Of a stretch of 51,784 bases of DNA, positions 18,998-28,744 are shown one piece after another (the stretch's first letter is position 1; every line of letters starts with the position of its first letter). The translations under genes were made by a program, and so were the position numbers. The notes under the pieces are model-generated. The model saw only the letters and a list, made by a program, of their open reading frames with translations, searched no databases and was not told the origin of the DNA. The DNA comes from an uncultured Gammaproteobacteria bacterium (GTDB lineage Bacteria > Patescibacteriota > Patescibacteriia > UBA1558 > GWA2-36-10): the NCBI GenBank assembly GCA_964478385.1, contig CAYZIE010000001.1:1-51784 (forward strand). The letters run 5' to 3'.

Positions 18998-19369
18998 ATG
19001 AAAACATTACATTCATTTATCTTTTTTATTATAATCTTCTGTATAATAGCAGGAATTATATTCTTAATGAACAAAAAGGGCGCTGGTTTAACTCAAAGCT
19101 TAGGTCAAACTTTAGAGTGTGAAGTTAATAAAATATCTTCTTCTATTTTAGAATTAGATAAGGATATAAACTCCATCTCTGCTTTTATTAGTTTTAATAA
19201 AATTCCTTTAGAAGATAGTTTTAAATTAACATTAGATAATTTAGGTATTAGTATAAAAGATAATACTTGGTTATTTGATTATGTTATGTCTGATATTCCT
19301 AAAGATAGTTTATGTCCTTTAATAGAATTAGATAATGTTAAGTTAGTATTTATACCAACAAAAAAGTAA
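18998..19369 (+). CDS. Small membrane-anchored protein, unknown function
   Basis: 123 aa with N-terminal TM segment FIFFIIIFCIIAGIIFL. Extended -10 TGGTATAAT at 18971-18979. Lies 3 nt upstream of pgk. Confidence 0.55.
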   Translation: MKTLHSFIFFIIIFCIIAGIIFLMNKKGAGLTQSLGQTLECEVNKISSSILELDKDINSISAFISFNKIPLEDSFKLTLDNLGISIKDNTWLFDYVMSDIPKDSLCPLIELDNVKLVFIPTKK

Positions 19370-19372
19370 AAT

Positions 19373-20524
19373 ATGAAATTAAAAAGTATAAAAGAAATTA
19401 AGTCTTTAAAGGGTAAAAGAGTATTATTACGTTTAGATTTAAATATTCCTTTGGATAATAATATTAATAAAAAAAATGCTTGGAGAATAGAAAGATCTTT
19501 AAGTACCATACAATATTTAGTTAAGAAAAAAGCTAAGATTATAATAATATCTCATTTGGGTAGACCAAAAGGAAGAGATAATAAATTATCACTATTACCA
19601 ATATCACAATATTTAAGTAAATTATTAAAAAAAGATATTGAGTTTTGGTCTGATGATTTCAAAGGATATTATCAAGATAGTTTAAAATTATCTAATGGTA
19701 GTATAGCTATGTTGGAGAATATTCGTTTCTATGACAGAGAAGAAAAGAATTGTAAAAGACTAGCTAAATCTTTAAGTAAATTAGGTGATATATATATTAA
19801 TGATGCTTTTTCTGTATGTCATCGTAAACATTCTTCTGTTTTAAGTATAACAGAATATTTACCAAGTTATGCTGGATTATTACTCTTAGAAGAAGTAAAA
19901 GTGTTAGCTAAAGTATTACAAACTAAAAAAGGATTATCTATAATCTTAGGTGGGGCTAAAACTAAAACCAAACTTCCTTTAATTAAAAAATTTATTACAA
20001 AAGCAGATAATATACTATTAGGAGGTAAATTAGCTGTTACTTTTTTAAAAGCTAGAGGATATAGCATTGATAAAGCTGTTTATGATAAAGAAAGTGTATC
20101 TTTAGTTAAGAATTTGAAAAATAAAATATATATTCCTTTAGATGTAGTAATTGCTAAGAGTTTTAAGAGTAAAAAAAGTAAAACTGTTTTAATAGATAAT
20201 ATACAATCTGATGTTTTAGCTTTAGATATTGGTAAAAAAACAGTTAAAGAATATATTAATATTTTAAAAAGATCTAAAATAATAGTTTGGAATGGACCAT
20301 TGGGATATTTTGAGAATAATATTTTTAGCAAAGGTTCTAAAGATTTATTAAAATCTTTAAGTAAAACAAATTCTAAGATTATAGTAGGAGGAGGGGAAAC
20401 AGTGTCTTTAGTAAAACAAATGAATTTAGATAATAAACTATACCATATATCTACTGGTGGTGGCGCTATGTTATATTTTCTTCAAGGTAGTAAGTTATTA
20501 GCTTTAGAAAAGTTAAAAAAGTAA
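19373..20524 (+). CDS. pgk: Phosphoglycerate kinase
   Basis: GKRVLLRLDLNIP start, ISHLGRPKG, and STGGGAML C-terminal motif. Confidence 0.92.
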   Translation: MKLKSIKEIKSLKGKRVLLRLDLNIPLDNNINKKNAWRIERSLSTIQYLVKKKAKIIIISHLGRPKGRDNKLSLLPISQYLSKLLKKDIEFWSDDFKGYYQDSLKLSNGSIAMLENIRFYDREEKNCKRLAKSLSKLGDIYINDAFSVCHRKHSSVLSITEYLPSYAGLLLLEEVKVLAKVLQTKKGLSIILGGAKTKTKLPLIKKFITKADNILLGGKLAVTFLKARGYSIDKAVYDKESVSLVKNLKNKIYIPLDVVIAKSFKSKKSKTVLIDNIQSDVLALDIGKKTVKEYINILKRSKIIVWNGPLGYFENNIFSKGSKDLLKSLSKTNSKIIVGGGETVSLVKQMNLDNKLYHISTGGGAMLYFLQGSKLLALEKLKK

Positions 20525-20525
20525 T

Positions 20526-21797
20526 ATGCCGTATAAAATAAAAGAAATAAAAGCTTCGGAAATATTAGACTCTAGAGGAGATCCTACTCTTAAGGTTGAT
20601 ATAACTCTTGGTAATGGCGTTACTGATAGTGCTTCTGTGCCTTCTGGGGCCTCTACAGGACGTTTTGAAGCTTTTGAATTAAGAGATGATGATTTACTTA
20701 GATATAATGGTAAGGGTGTTTTAAAAGCAGTAGATAATGTAAATAATATTATTAATAAAGAATTAAATGGGCTACAAGTTACAGATCAAGAAAAGATAGA
20801 TAAGTTGATGGTAGAATTAGATAATACAAAGAATAAGAGTAGATTAGGTGCTAATGCTATATTAGGTGTATCTTTAGCATTAGCTCATACAGCTAGTAAA
20901 GCTTTAGATATTCCTTTATATGAATATTTACGTAATTTATATAATCCTAAATTGAAAGATTTTAATCTACCCATACCTTTAGTTAATGTTATAAACGGAG
21001 GTAGACATGCTAGTACTAATATTAATATTCAAGAGTTTTGGATAATACCAATTAAAGCTAAAACATTTAAAGAAAAATTAAGACAGGTTAGTGAAATATT
21101 TCATCAATTAGGTAAATTATTAACAGGTATAGGTTTAGATACTGATCTGGGTAATGAAGGTGGTTATGCTCCTAATCTTAAATCACATAGTCAAGCTTTT
21201 GATTTAATTACTCAAGCAGTAGAAAGTTGTAAGTATAAAGTAGGTGAAGATATTATTTTTGGTATTGATGTTGGTGCTTCAGAATTATATAGTCTAGATG
21301 ATAATAATTATCTTTTTAGTTTAGAGGATAAATCTTTTTCTTCAGATGAGTTAATAGACTATTATTTAGAATTAATTAATACTTATCCTTTAAAGTTTTT
21401 AGAAGATCCTTTTGATCAAGAAGATTGGAAAGCTTGGGAGAACTTTACTAAAGATGATTATATAAAAAATAATGATATTAATATTATAGGAGATGATTTA
21501 TTTGTTACTAATATACAAAGATTACAAAAAGGAATTGATTTAGGTGTAGCTAATACTATTTTAATAAAACCTAATCAAATAGGTACTTTAACTGAAACAT
21601 TTAAAGCTATTCATTTAGCACAAGATAATAATTATGATATAATTATTTCTCATCGTAGTGGAGAAACATCAGATACAACTATTGCTGATTTAGCTGTAGC
21701 AGTAAATGCTCAGTATATTAAAACAGGTTCTACAGCTAGGGGTGAAAGAATAGTTAAGTATAATAGATTATTAAATATTGAAGAAAAATTAAATTAA
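20526..21797 (+). CDS. eno: Enolase
   Basis: EILDSRGDPT, SVPSGASTG, IKPNQIGTLTET and SHRSGETSDTTIADLAVA. Confidence 0.96.
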   Translation: MPYKIKEIKASEILDSRGDPTLKVDITLGNGVTDSASVPSGASTGRFEAFELRDDDLLRYNGKGVLKAVDNVNNIINKELNGLQVTDQEKIDKLMVELDNTKNKSRLGANAILGVSLALAHTASKALDIPLYEYLRNLYNPKLKDFNLPIPLVNVINGGRHASTNINIQEFWIIPIKAKTFKEKLRQVSEIFHQLGKLLTGIGLDTDLGNEGGYAPNLKSHSQAFDLITQAVESCKYKVGEDIIFGIDVGASELYSLDDNNYLFSLEDKSFSSDELIDYYLELINTYPLKFLEDPFDQEDWKAWENFTKDDYIKNNDINIIGDDLFVTNIQRLQKGIDLGVANTILIKPNQIGTLTETFKAIHLAQDNNYDIIISHRSGETSDTTIADLAVAVNAQYIKTGSTARGERIVKYNRLLNIEEKLN

Positions 21798-21798
21798 T

Positions 21799-23349
21799 AT
21801 GAATAATATACCATTAGTTTTAATTATTTTAGATGGTTGGGGGATAAGCAAGGAAAGTAAGGGTAATGCTATATTCTTAGCTAAAACTCCTGTAGTTGAT
21901 AATATATGTAAAAAGTATTCTCATACTCATTTGCACGCTTCTGGCCATTATGTTGGTTTACCAGATGGACAACCAGGTAATTCTGAAGCTGGTCATATGA
22001 ATATTGGTGCTGGTAGAGTAATCCCTCAAGATTCTATTATAATAAACAAAAGTATTAAGAATAGTACTTTTTTTAAGAATCCAGCTTTTTTACAAACAGC
22101 ACAACATATTACTGATAATAATTCGGATATTCATTTAATGGGATTATTATCAGAAAATCAAAGTCCTCATTCAGATAATGATCATATAGTAGCTTTAATT
22201 GATTTTTTTACTAATAATAGTAAACAAAATATCTATCTTCATTTATTTACAGATGGTCGTGATAGTCCTATGTTTTCAGCTTTAAAAACTTTAGATAAGT
22301 ATAAAAAAGTTTTTGATAATAAAAGAGTTAAGATAGCTAGTATAATGGGTCGTTTCTATGCTATGGACAGAAAAAGAGATTGGCAAAGAACTAAATTAAC
22401 TTATGAAGCTATGACAGAAGGAAAGGGAGTAACAGTTACTAATGGTATAGAAGCTGTTAATCAAGCATACAACAGGGGAGAGAGTGATGAATTTATACTA
22501 CCAACAGTTATAGTTGATAAGAATAAAAAACCAATTGGTCCAATAAATGATAATGATGCTATAGTATTCTTTAATTTAAGATCGGATAGAGCTAGACAAT
22601 TGAGTAAAACTTTTGTACAGAAAAATTTTGAAAAAGATAATAAAGATTCTTTTAAAAGAAAAAAGAAAGTTAAAAATTTATTCTTTACTGCTTTAACTGA
22701 TTTTGGCACAGACTTAGGTCATATTTTAACAGCTTATCCAGCTATAGATATACCAGAATCTTTAACTTCTTGTTTAAAAGAATATAGACAATTATATATT
22801 GCTGAATCAGAAAAGTATTCTCATGTTACTTATTTCTTTAACGGGGGTTATGATCAACCAGTAGTAAAAGAAGAAAGAATATCTATTCCTTCTAAAAATA
22901 TTAGTACTTATGATCAAAAACCAAGTATGAGTGTTAAATTAGTTACTAATAAAGTAATTAAAGCTATACAAGATAAAAAATTTGATTTTATAACCCTAAA
23001 CTATGCTAGTCCTGATATGATAGGTCATACTGGTAATATTGAAGCAGCTATTAAAGCTATTGAAATAGTAGATAAAGAAATTGGTAAAATTATTTCTGAA
23101 GTATCTAAAAGAAATGGTACTGTTATAATAACAGCTGATCATGGAAATGTTGAAGAAATGATTAATAATGAAACAGGAGAAGTTATTACAAAACACTCTA
23201 CTAATTTAGTCCCTTTTGCTATAATAAATAAACATAAATATAAATTAGGAAAAATAGGTAAACTAGCTGATATAGCTCCAACTATATTAGATATTCTAGA
23301 TATAAAAAAGCCTAAATCAATGACAGGTAAATCTTTAATTAAAAAATAA
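21799..23349 (+). CDS. gpmI: 2,3-bisphosphoglycerate-independent phosphoglycerate mutase, paralogue 1
   Basis: LDGWG, GNSEAGH (catalytic Ser), DGRD, RFYAMDRKRDW, EKYSHVTYFFNGG, PDMIGHTG and TADHGN. The usual SDGGVHS segment is replaced by SENQSPHS. Confidence 0.85.
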   Translation: MNNIPLVLIILDGWGISKESKGNAIFLAKTPVVDNICKKYSHTHLHASGHYVGLPDGQPGNSEAGHMNIGAGRVIPQDSIIINKSIKNSTFFKNPAFLQTAQHITDNNSDIHLMGLLSENQSPHSDNDHIVALIDFFTNNSKQNIYLHLFTDGRDSPMFSALKTLDKYKKVFDNKRVKIASIMGRFYAMDRKRDWQRTKLTYEAMTEGKGVTVTNGIEAVNQAYNRGESDEFILPTVIVDKNKKPIGPINDNDAIVFFNLRSDRARQLSKTFVQKNFEKDNKDSFKRKKKVKNLFFTALTDFGTDLGHILTAYPAIDIPESLTSCLKEYRQLYIAESEKYSHVTYFFNGGYDQPVVKEERISIPSKNISTYDQKPSMSVKLVTNKVIKAIQDKKFDFITLNYASPDMIGHTGNIEAAIKAIEIVDKEIGKIISEVSKRNGTVIITADHGNVEEMINNETGEVITKHSTNLVPFAIINKHKYKLGKIGKLADIAPTILDILDIKKPKSMTGKSLIKK

Positions 23350-24927
23350 ATGAATAGACCTAAACCAGTTGTATTAATAGTATTAGATGGGTTTGGCATT
23401 GCTCCTTCTTCAAGAGCTAATGCTATTTCTTTGGCTAAAACACCAAACTTTGATAAATATGCTTCTAATTATCCTATTATGCCTTTATCAGCGAGTGGTG
23501 AAGCTGTTGGTTTACCATGGGGAGAAATGGGTAACTCTCAAGTTGGTCATCTTTCTTTAGGATCAGGATTAATACCATATCAATACTTACCTAGAATTAC
23601 TAAATCTATTATTGAAAAAGATTTTTTTAAGAATGAAGCATTATTAAAAGCATGTAATCATGTAAAAGAAAAAAATAGTGCTTTACATATTATTGGTTTA
23701 GTTAGTGATGGAGGCATTCATAGTTATAATGAACATTTATACTCAATATTAGAATTAGTTAAAAAAGAAAAAATAGAAAAAGTATATATTCATGCTTTTT
23801 TAGATGGTAGAGATACTATATACAATGGAGGATTAAAATATATTTCTAAATTACAAGATAAGATAAAGCAAATAGGCATTGGTAGTATAGCTAGTTTAGC
23901 TGGTCGTTTTTATGCTATGGATAGAGATCATAATTGGGATAGAACAGAATTAGCATACAATGCATTAATAAAAGGTGAGTCTAAGGAGAAGTATAAAGAT
24001 CCATTAAAAGCTGTACAAAAATCTTATGATAGTTCAGTATATGATGAACAATTATTACCTGTAGTTATTACTGATGATAATAATAATCCTAAAGGTATTA
24101 TACAAGATAATGATTCTGTTGTATTTTTTAATTTCAGAGCAGATAGAGCTAGACAATTAACAAAAGCATTGTCAGTACCTGGTTTTGAAAAGTTTGAACA
24201 AAAGTATTATAAAAACTTACTAATGGTTACTATGACAGAGTATGAAAAAGATTTACCTGTTACAGTAGCATTTAAACCACTATCAATAGAAGTTCCTTTA
24301 GCTAAAGTAATATCTGATGCTGGTTTAAAACAATTACATATTTCTGAAACTAATAAATATGCTCATGTTACTTATTTCTTTAATGGAGGAAAAGAAACTA
24401 TTTTTGAAGGAGAAGATAGGGTATTAGTGCCATCTCCTAGTATTCCTTCTTTTGATCAAAAACCAGCTATGTCTGCTCGTGAGACTACAGCTAAAACAAT
24501 TCAGTTTATAAAAGAAGGGTTATATGATTTTATAGTGATAAATTATGCTAATCCAGATATGGTTGGTCATACTGGTAATATTAAAGCTACTATTAAAGCT
24601 ATAGAAATACTTGATCAATTAGTAGGAGAATTAGTTGATACAACGCTATCTTATGACGGAGTTGTTTTAATTACAGCTGATCATGGAAATGCTGAAAAGA
24701 TGTATGATTTACAAACTGGAGTAATAGATAAAGAACATACTAATAATCCTGTTCCTTTATTTATAGTAGGGCAACAATTTGCTGGAAAAAGTGTTTTAAC
24801 AGGTGTGTCTGGTACTGATTTAAGTAATATTACTCCTTTTGGAGTTTTATCAGATGTAGCTCCAACTATTTTAAAAATAATTGGATTAAAAAAACCACCT
24901 AGTATGACTGGTAGTTCTTTGGTTTAA
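23350..24927 (+). CDS. gpmI: 2,3-bisphosphoglycerate-independent phosphoglycerate mutase, paralogue 2
   Basis: LDGFG, GNSQVGH, SDGGIHS, DGRD, RFYAMDRDHNW, NKYAHVTYFFNGG, PDMVGHTG and TADHGN. Confidence 0.9.
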   Translation: MNRPKPVVLIVLDGFGIAPSSRANAISLAKTPNFDKYASNYPIMPLSASGEAVGLPWGEMGNSQVGHLSLGSGLIPYQYLPRITKSIIEKDFFKNEALLKACNHVKEKNSALHIIGLVSDGGIHSYNEHLYSILELVKKEKIEKVYIHAFLDGRDTIYNGGLKYISKLQDKIKQIGIGSIASLAGRFYAMDRDHNWDRTELAYNALIKGESKEKYKDPLKAVQKSYDSSVYDEQLLPVVITDDNNNPKGIIQDNDSVVFFNFRADRARQLTKALSVPGFEKFEQKYYKNLLMVTMTEYEKDLPVTVAFKPLSIEVPLAKVISDAGLKQLHISETNKYAHVTYFFNGGKETIFEGEDRVLVPSPSIPSFDQKPAMSARETTAKTIQFIKEGLYDFIVINYANPDMVGHTGNIKATIKAIEILDQLVGELVDTTLSYDGVVLITADHGNAEKMYDLQTGVIDKEHTNNPVPLFIVGQQFAGKSVLTGVSGTDLSNITPFGVLSDVAPTILKIIGLKKPPSMTGSSLV

Positions 24928-25356
24928 TTACCAAATATTAATTAAAGTTATTGTTAAAATACTACTAAGAATAATACCAACAATAACTTCTATATTTCTA
25001 TGTCCAAATCTTTCGTTTAATACAGGAAATTTATATTCTTTTTTATCAGGTAGTTCTTTTATAAGTTGATTTAATATTTTTCCATGATTTCCTAATTGTA
25101 ATCTTATCCCAGAAGCATCTCTAATAATTAATATAGCTAAGATAATAGTAATAGCAAATTCAGAAGATTGTATTCCATTATAATAACCCATAACAATAGT
25201 TAAAGAAGTAACTATAGAAGCATGACTAGAAGGCATTCCTCCATAACTTAACATTGAAGGCCATTTAAACTCTCCTTTAACAACTTCAACAATTAACTTG
25301 ATAATTTGATTAATTAACATTACTATTATAGGTATAGCAAATAATTGATATTGCAT
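24928..25356 (-). CDS. Divergent PAP2 / DUF212 (YuiD-like) membrane protein
   Basis: 142 aa. YGGMPSSHASIVTSL signature of the acid phosphatase/vanadium-haloperoxidase-related family. Confidence 0.75.
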   Translation of the reverse strand: MQYQLFAIPIIVMLINQIIKLIVEVVKGEFKWPSMLSYGGMPSSHASIVTSLTIVMGYYNGIQSSEFAITIILAILIIRDASGIRLQLGNHGKILNQLIKELPDKKEYKFPVLNERFGHRNIEVIVGIILSSILTITLINIW

Positions 25357-25410
25357 AAATTTATTTTAATAATATATAATTACATTATAGCAAAAAATAA
25401 GTAAAATTCA

Positions 25411-26157
25411 ATGAATATCTTAGAAATAATATATTTAAGTATTATACAAGGTATTACAGAATGGTTACCTGTATCTAGTTCTGGTCATTTAGTATTACTA
25501 GAAAACCATTTAAACATTAAAGAAGCTTCTTTAGAGTTTGATATTTTTTTACATTTAGCTAGTCTTTTTGTTATTATTCTTTTTTTCCGTAATGATATTA
25601 TAAAAGTAATTAAAGCTTTTTTTAATAAAAAAGAAGATAATATAAAGAATTGGATACCATATATATTTTTAAGTAGTATATTTACAGGAATTATTGGTTA
25701 TTATTTTTACTTAAACATAGATGGTTTTCGTACTATATCTTCTGTTTCTAATCTATTATTAATTACTACTATATTACTTATAGCTGTTAAGTTTTCTAAA
25801 CAAGATAAACATTTAAATTGGAAACATGCTATTATACTTGGTTTAGTACAAGGATTTGCAGTTCTTCCTGGATTATCACGTAGTGGCGCAGTTATAGCTA
25901 TAGCTTTAATTATGGGAGTATATAAAAAAGAAGCTTTTGTTTATTCTTTTCTTTTAGCTATTCCAGCTATATTAGCAGCAAGTATTATTTCTTTTAAAAG
26001 TTTAATTTTTTCCTGGTATTATTTATTAGGTTTTGGTATAACTATATTAGTTGGATATTTAGCTTTAGTTATTTTAAAGAGTTTAATAAAGAAAGATTAT
26101 TTTTATCTATTCTTTATATATACATTAATTTTAAGTTTAATTATTAAGTTTATATAA
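25411..26157 (+). CDS. uppP: Undecaprenyl-diphosphate phosphatase
   Basis: IIQGITEWLPVSSSGHLVL and PGLSRSGA motifs. 248 aa polytopic protein. Confidence 0.92.
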   Translation: MNILEIIYLSIIQGITEWLPVSSSGHLVLLENHLNIKEASLEFDIFLHLASLFVIILFFRNDIIKVIKAFFNKKEDNIKNWIPYIFLSSIFTGIIGYYFYLNIDGFRTISSVSNLLLITTILLIAVKFSKQDKHLNWKHAIILGLVQGFAVLPGLSRSGAVIAIALIMGVYKKEAFVYSFLLAIPAILAASIISFKSLIFSWYYLLGFGITILVGYLALVILKSLIKKDYFYLFFIYTLILSLIIKFI

Positions 26158-26573
26158 TGAAAAAAGTAGCAGTAAGTGGATATTTTAATCCAATGCATGT
26201 AGGGCATGTTAGATTATTAAAGGAAGCTAAAGAATTAGGTGATTATCTTGTTGTTATATTGAATAATGATGAACAAGTTAAATTAAAGGGTAGTGTACCT
26301 TTTATGAGTCTAGAAGATAGAAAAGAAATAGTAGAAGCTATTAAATATGTAGATGAAGTATTTGTATCAATTGATAAAGATAAAACTATTTGTAAATCTT
26401 TAGAAGCTATTAATCCTGATATTTTTGCTAATGGAGGGGATAGACATCAAGGTGAAATACCAGAGTCTAAAATATGTAAAGATAATAATATTAAAATGGT
26501 AGATAATGTAGGTGGTGATAAGATAAGGTCTAGTTCTATATTAATTAAAGAAGCAAGTGAAAAAAATGTTTAA
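26157..26573 (+). CDS. Cytidylyltransferase-family nucleotidyltransferase (TagD/RfaE-domain-II-like)
   Basis: 138 aa. VSGYFNPMHVGHVRLL contains the HxGH motif. Confidence 0.75.
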   Translation: MKKVAVSGYFNPMHVGHVRLLKEAKELGDYLVVILNNDEQVKLKGSVPFMSLEDRKEIVEAIKYVDEVFVSIDKDKTICKSLEAINPDIFANGGDRHQGEIPESKICKDNNIKMVDNVGGDKIRSSSILIKEASEKNV

Positions 26574-27558
26574 ATTAATAAAAAGATTAATATTTATTGG
26601 AATTATAGTAGTTATATGGTTTTTTTCTGTATTATTATCTGGTAATAGTCAAGAAGAAAAATCTGTTTTTATAATAGAAAAAGGACAGGGTGTTAATGCT
26701 ATTAGCAATAATCTACATGAAGATAATTTAATTAAAAATAAATTCGTTTTTGAAACATGGCTTTGGTTAAATAGATCAGAATCTAAGGTATTAGCTGGTA
26801 CTTATTATTTTTCTCCAGGTATATCTATTAAAAACTTAACAAATTTAATTATACAAGGAGCTGAAAACTCTCAAATTTCTTTAACACTTTTAGAGGGGTG
26901 GGATAGAAATTTAATATCTAAATATTTAGAAGAATTTAATTTTTCAAAACAAGAATTTTTTAATTTAACTAATAGTAAAACTTCTTGGCAAGAAGATTAT
27001 ACTTTTCTTCAAGACTCTAGTAATAATGCTAGCTTAGAAGGATATATTTTTCCTGATACATACTATATAGATACTCAAACTACTTTAGAAGATATAATTA
27101 GAAAAACATTAAATAATTTTGATAATAAATTAGATAAAGATTTAAGAGAAGAAATAGAAAAACAAGATAAAACTATATTTGAGGTTATTATATTAGCTTC
27201 TATAATAGAAAGAGAGGTTCCACAAGATGAAGACAAAAAAATGATAGCTGATATATTTTTAAAAAGATTAAGAGATAATATAGGATTACAATCTGATGCT
27301 ACTATTAACTTTATTACAGGAAAAGGAATGGCTCAACCTACATATGAAGATTTAAAAATAGATTCTCCATACAATACATATAAATATAGAGGATTAACGC
27401 CGGGACCAATATCTAATCCTGGTTTAAGTAGTATTAAAGCTGTTATTTATCCTACTTCTAATGATTATTATTATTTCTTAACTACAAAACAAGGTGAGGT
27501 GATATATAGCAAAACATATGAAGAACATTTGGAAAATAAGGCTAAATATTTAGATTAA
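26557..27558 (+). CDS. mltG: Endolytic murein transglycosylase MltG (YceG family)
   Basis: N-terminal TM segment, LASIIEREV, LQSDATINF and SPYNTYKYRGLTPGPISNPG. Confidence 0.88.
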   Translation: MKKMFKLIKRLIFIGIIVVIWFFSVLLSGNSQEEKSVFIIEKGQGVNAISNNLHEDNLIKNKFVFETWLWLNRSESKVLAGTYYFSPGISIKNLTNLIIQGAENSQISLTLLEGWDRNLISKYLEEFNFSKQEFFNLTNSKTSWQEDYTFLQDSSNNASLEGYIFPDTYYIDTQTTLEDIIRKTLNNFDNKLDKDLREEIEKQDKTIFEVIILASIIEREVPQDEDKKMIADIFLKRLRDNIGLQSDATINFITGKGMAQPTYEDLKIDSPYNTYKYRGLTPGPISNPGLSSIKAVIYPTSNDYYYFLTTKQGEVIYSKTYEEHLENKAKYLD

Positions 27559-27587
27559 TTGACAAAATGGTTAAAATAGTATATACT
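27559..27587 (+). promoter_or_regulatory. Promoter of the rplJL operon (TTGACA-17-TATACT)
   Basis: TTGACA at 27559-27564, 17-nt spacer, TATACT at 27582-27587. Confidence 0.6.
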
Positions 27588-27593
27588 CTTTAC

Positions 27594-27712
27594 ATAAATA
27601 AATAAGGTTTATCAAAGACAGTGGGTTTTAGCTAATATTAGCTAAAGTAAATCCTACCGAGATAATATATTCTTGTCTGCGATAAACTGCGCAGATTTTT
27701 TAATATATAATT
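27594..27712 (+). promoter_or_regulatory. Ribosomal protein L10 leader with terminal attenuator hairpin
   Basis: About 120-nt untranslated, GC-enriched leader before rplJ. Helix AGACA/TGTCT. Terminator TCTGCG (27676-27681) pairs with CGCAGA (27690-27695), followed by T6 ending 12 nt before the ATG. Confidence 0.55.
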
Positions 27713-28234
27713 ATGTCAAAAACTAAAGAACAAAAAAAAGATATCTTAAAATCAATTAAAGATAAATTAGGTAAAAGTAAATCTATTGTTTTTAGTGGTG
27801 ATACAGGCTTAGATGTAAAAACAGTAGAAAAATTAAGAAAAGAGTTAAGAGAAAAAGGATCAGAATACTTTGTTACTAAAAAAACATTGTTAAAATTAGC
27901 TGATGATAAATTAGCTAAAGAAGATTCTATTAAAGATTTACAAGGTTCATTAGGTGTTACTTGTTCATATGAAGATGAAATAGAAGGAGTTAAGGTAGTA
28001 AGTAAGTTTGCTAAAGATAATGAAGGCTTAGAAATAGGTGGTGGTGTTTTAGAGGGTAAATATATTCTACCAGATATTGTTAAAAAACTATCTTCATTAC
28101 CTTCTAAGGAAGAATTATTAGCAAAGTTAGTAGGATCTTTAAATTCTCCTTTAACAGGTATAGTTGGAGTATTAAGTGGTACTACTAGAAATTTTGTAGG
28201 AGTATTAAATGCAATAAAAGATAAAAAAGAATAA
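27713..28234 (+). CDS. rplJ: 50S ribosomal protein L10
   Basis: 173 aa. Position directly before rplL and general L10 family resemblance. Confidence 0.9.
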   Translation: MSKTKEQKKDILKSIKDKLGKSKSIVFSGDTGLDVKTVEKLRKELREKGSEYFVTKKTLLKLADDKLAKEDSIKDLQGSLGVTCSYEDEIEGVKVVSKFAKDNEGLEIGGGVLEGKYILPDIVKKLSSLPSKEELLAKLVGSLNSPLTGIVGVLSGTTRNFVGVLNAIKDKKE

Positions 28235-28259
28235 TTAAATAAATAATTAAAAAAATAAT

Positions 28260-28688
28260 ATGGCAGAAGAAAAAAAACAAGTTGAAGAAACTAAAGAAGA
28301 AAAAACAGTTGAAGTACCAGCTAAATTCAAAAGTATTGTAGAAGAAATTGAAAAAATGTCAGTACTTGATCTTTCTGAATTAGTATCTATTTTAGAAGAT
28401 AAGTTTGGTGTTAGTGCTGCTGCTCCTGTAGCAATGGCTGCTGCACCTGCTGCAGCTGAAGAAGCTGGAGAAGAAAAATCTTCTTTTGATGTAGAGTTAA
28501 CATCTGTTGGTGATAATAAGATTAATGTTATTAAAGCTATCAGAGAAATAACTCAATTAGGACTTAAAGAAGCTAAAGATATGGCTGATGGAGCTTCTAC
28601 AGTTGTTAAAGAAGGTGCTAGCAAAGAAGAGGCTGAAGAAATGAAAGCTAAACTTACTGAAGCTGGTGGTACTGTAACTTTGAAATAA
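28260..28688 (+). CDS. rplL: 50S ribosomal protein L7/L12
   Basis: Ala-rich hinge [17 protein letters not shown]-terminal [25 protein letters not shown]....EAGGTVTLK. Confidence 0.96.
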   Translation: MAEEKKQVEETKEEKTVEVPAKFKSIVEEIEKMSVLDLSELVSILEDKFGVSAAAPVAMAAAPAAAEEAGEEKSSFDVELTSVGDNKINVIKAIREITQLGLKEAKDMADGASTVVKEGASKEEAEEMKAKLTEAGGTVTLK

Positions 28689-28700
28689 AGTTTTAGAAAC

Positions 28701-28734
28701 AAAAAAACATTCTAATATTTAGAGTGTTTTTTTT
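28701..28734. terminator. Bidirectional terminator between rplL and the convergent 688-aa gene
   Basis: ACATTCTAA (28707-28715) pairs with TTAGAGTGT (28719-28727). A7 before, T8 after. Confidence 0.7.
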
Positions 28735-28744
28735 ATTATTTTAA

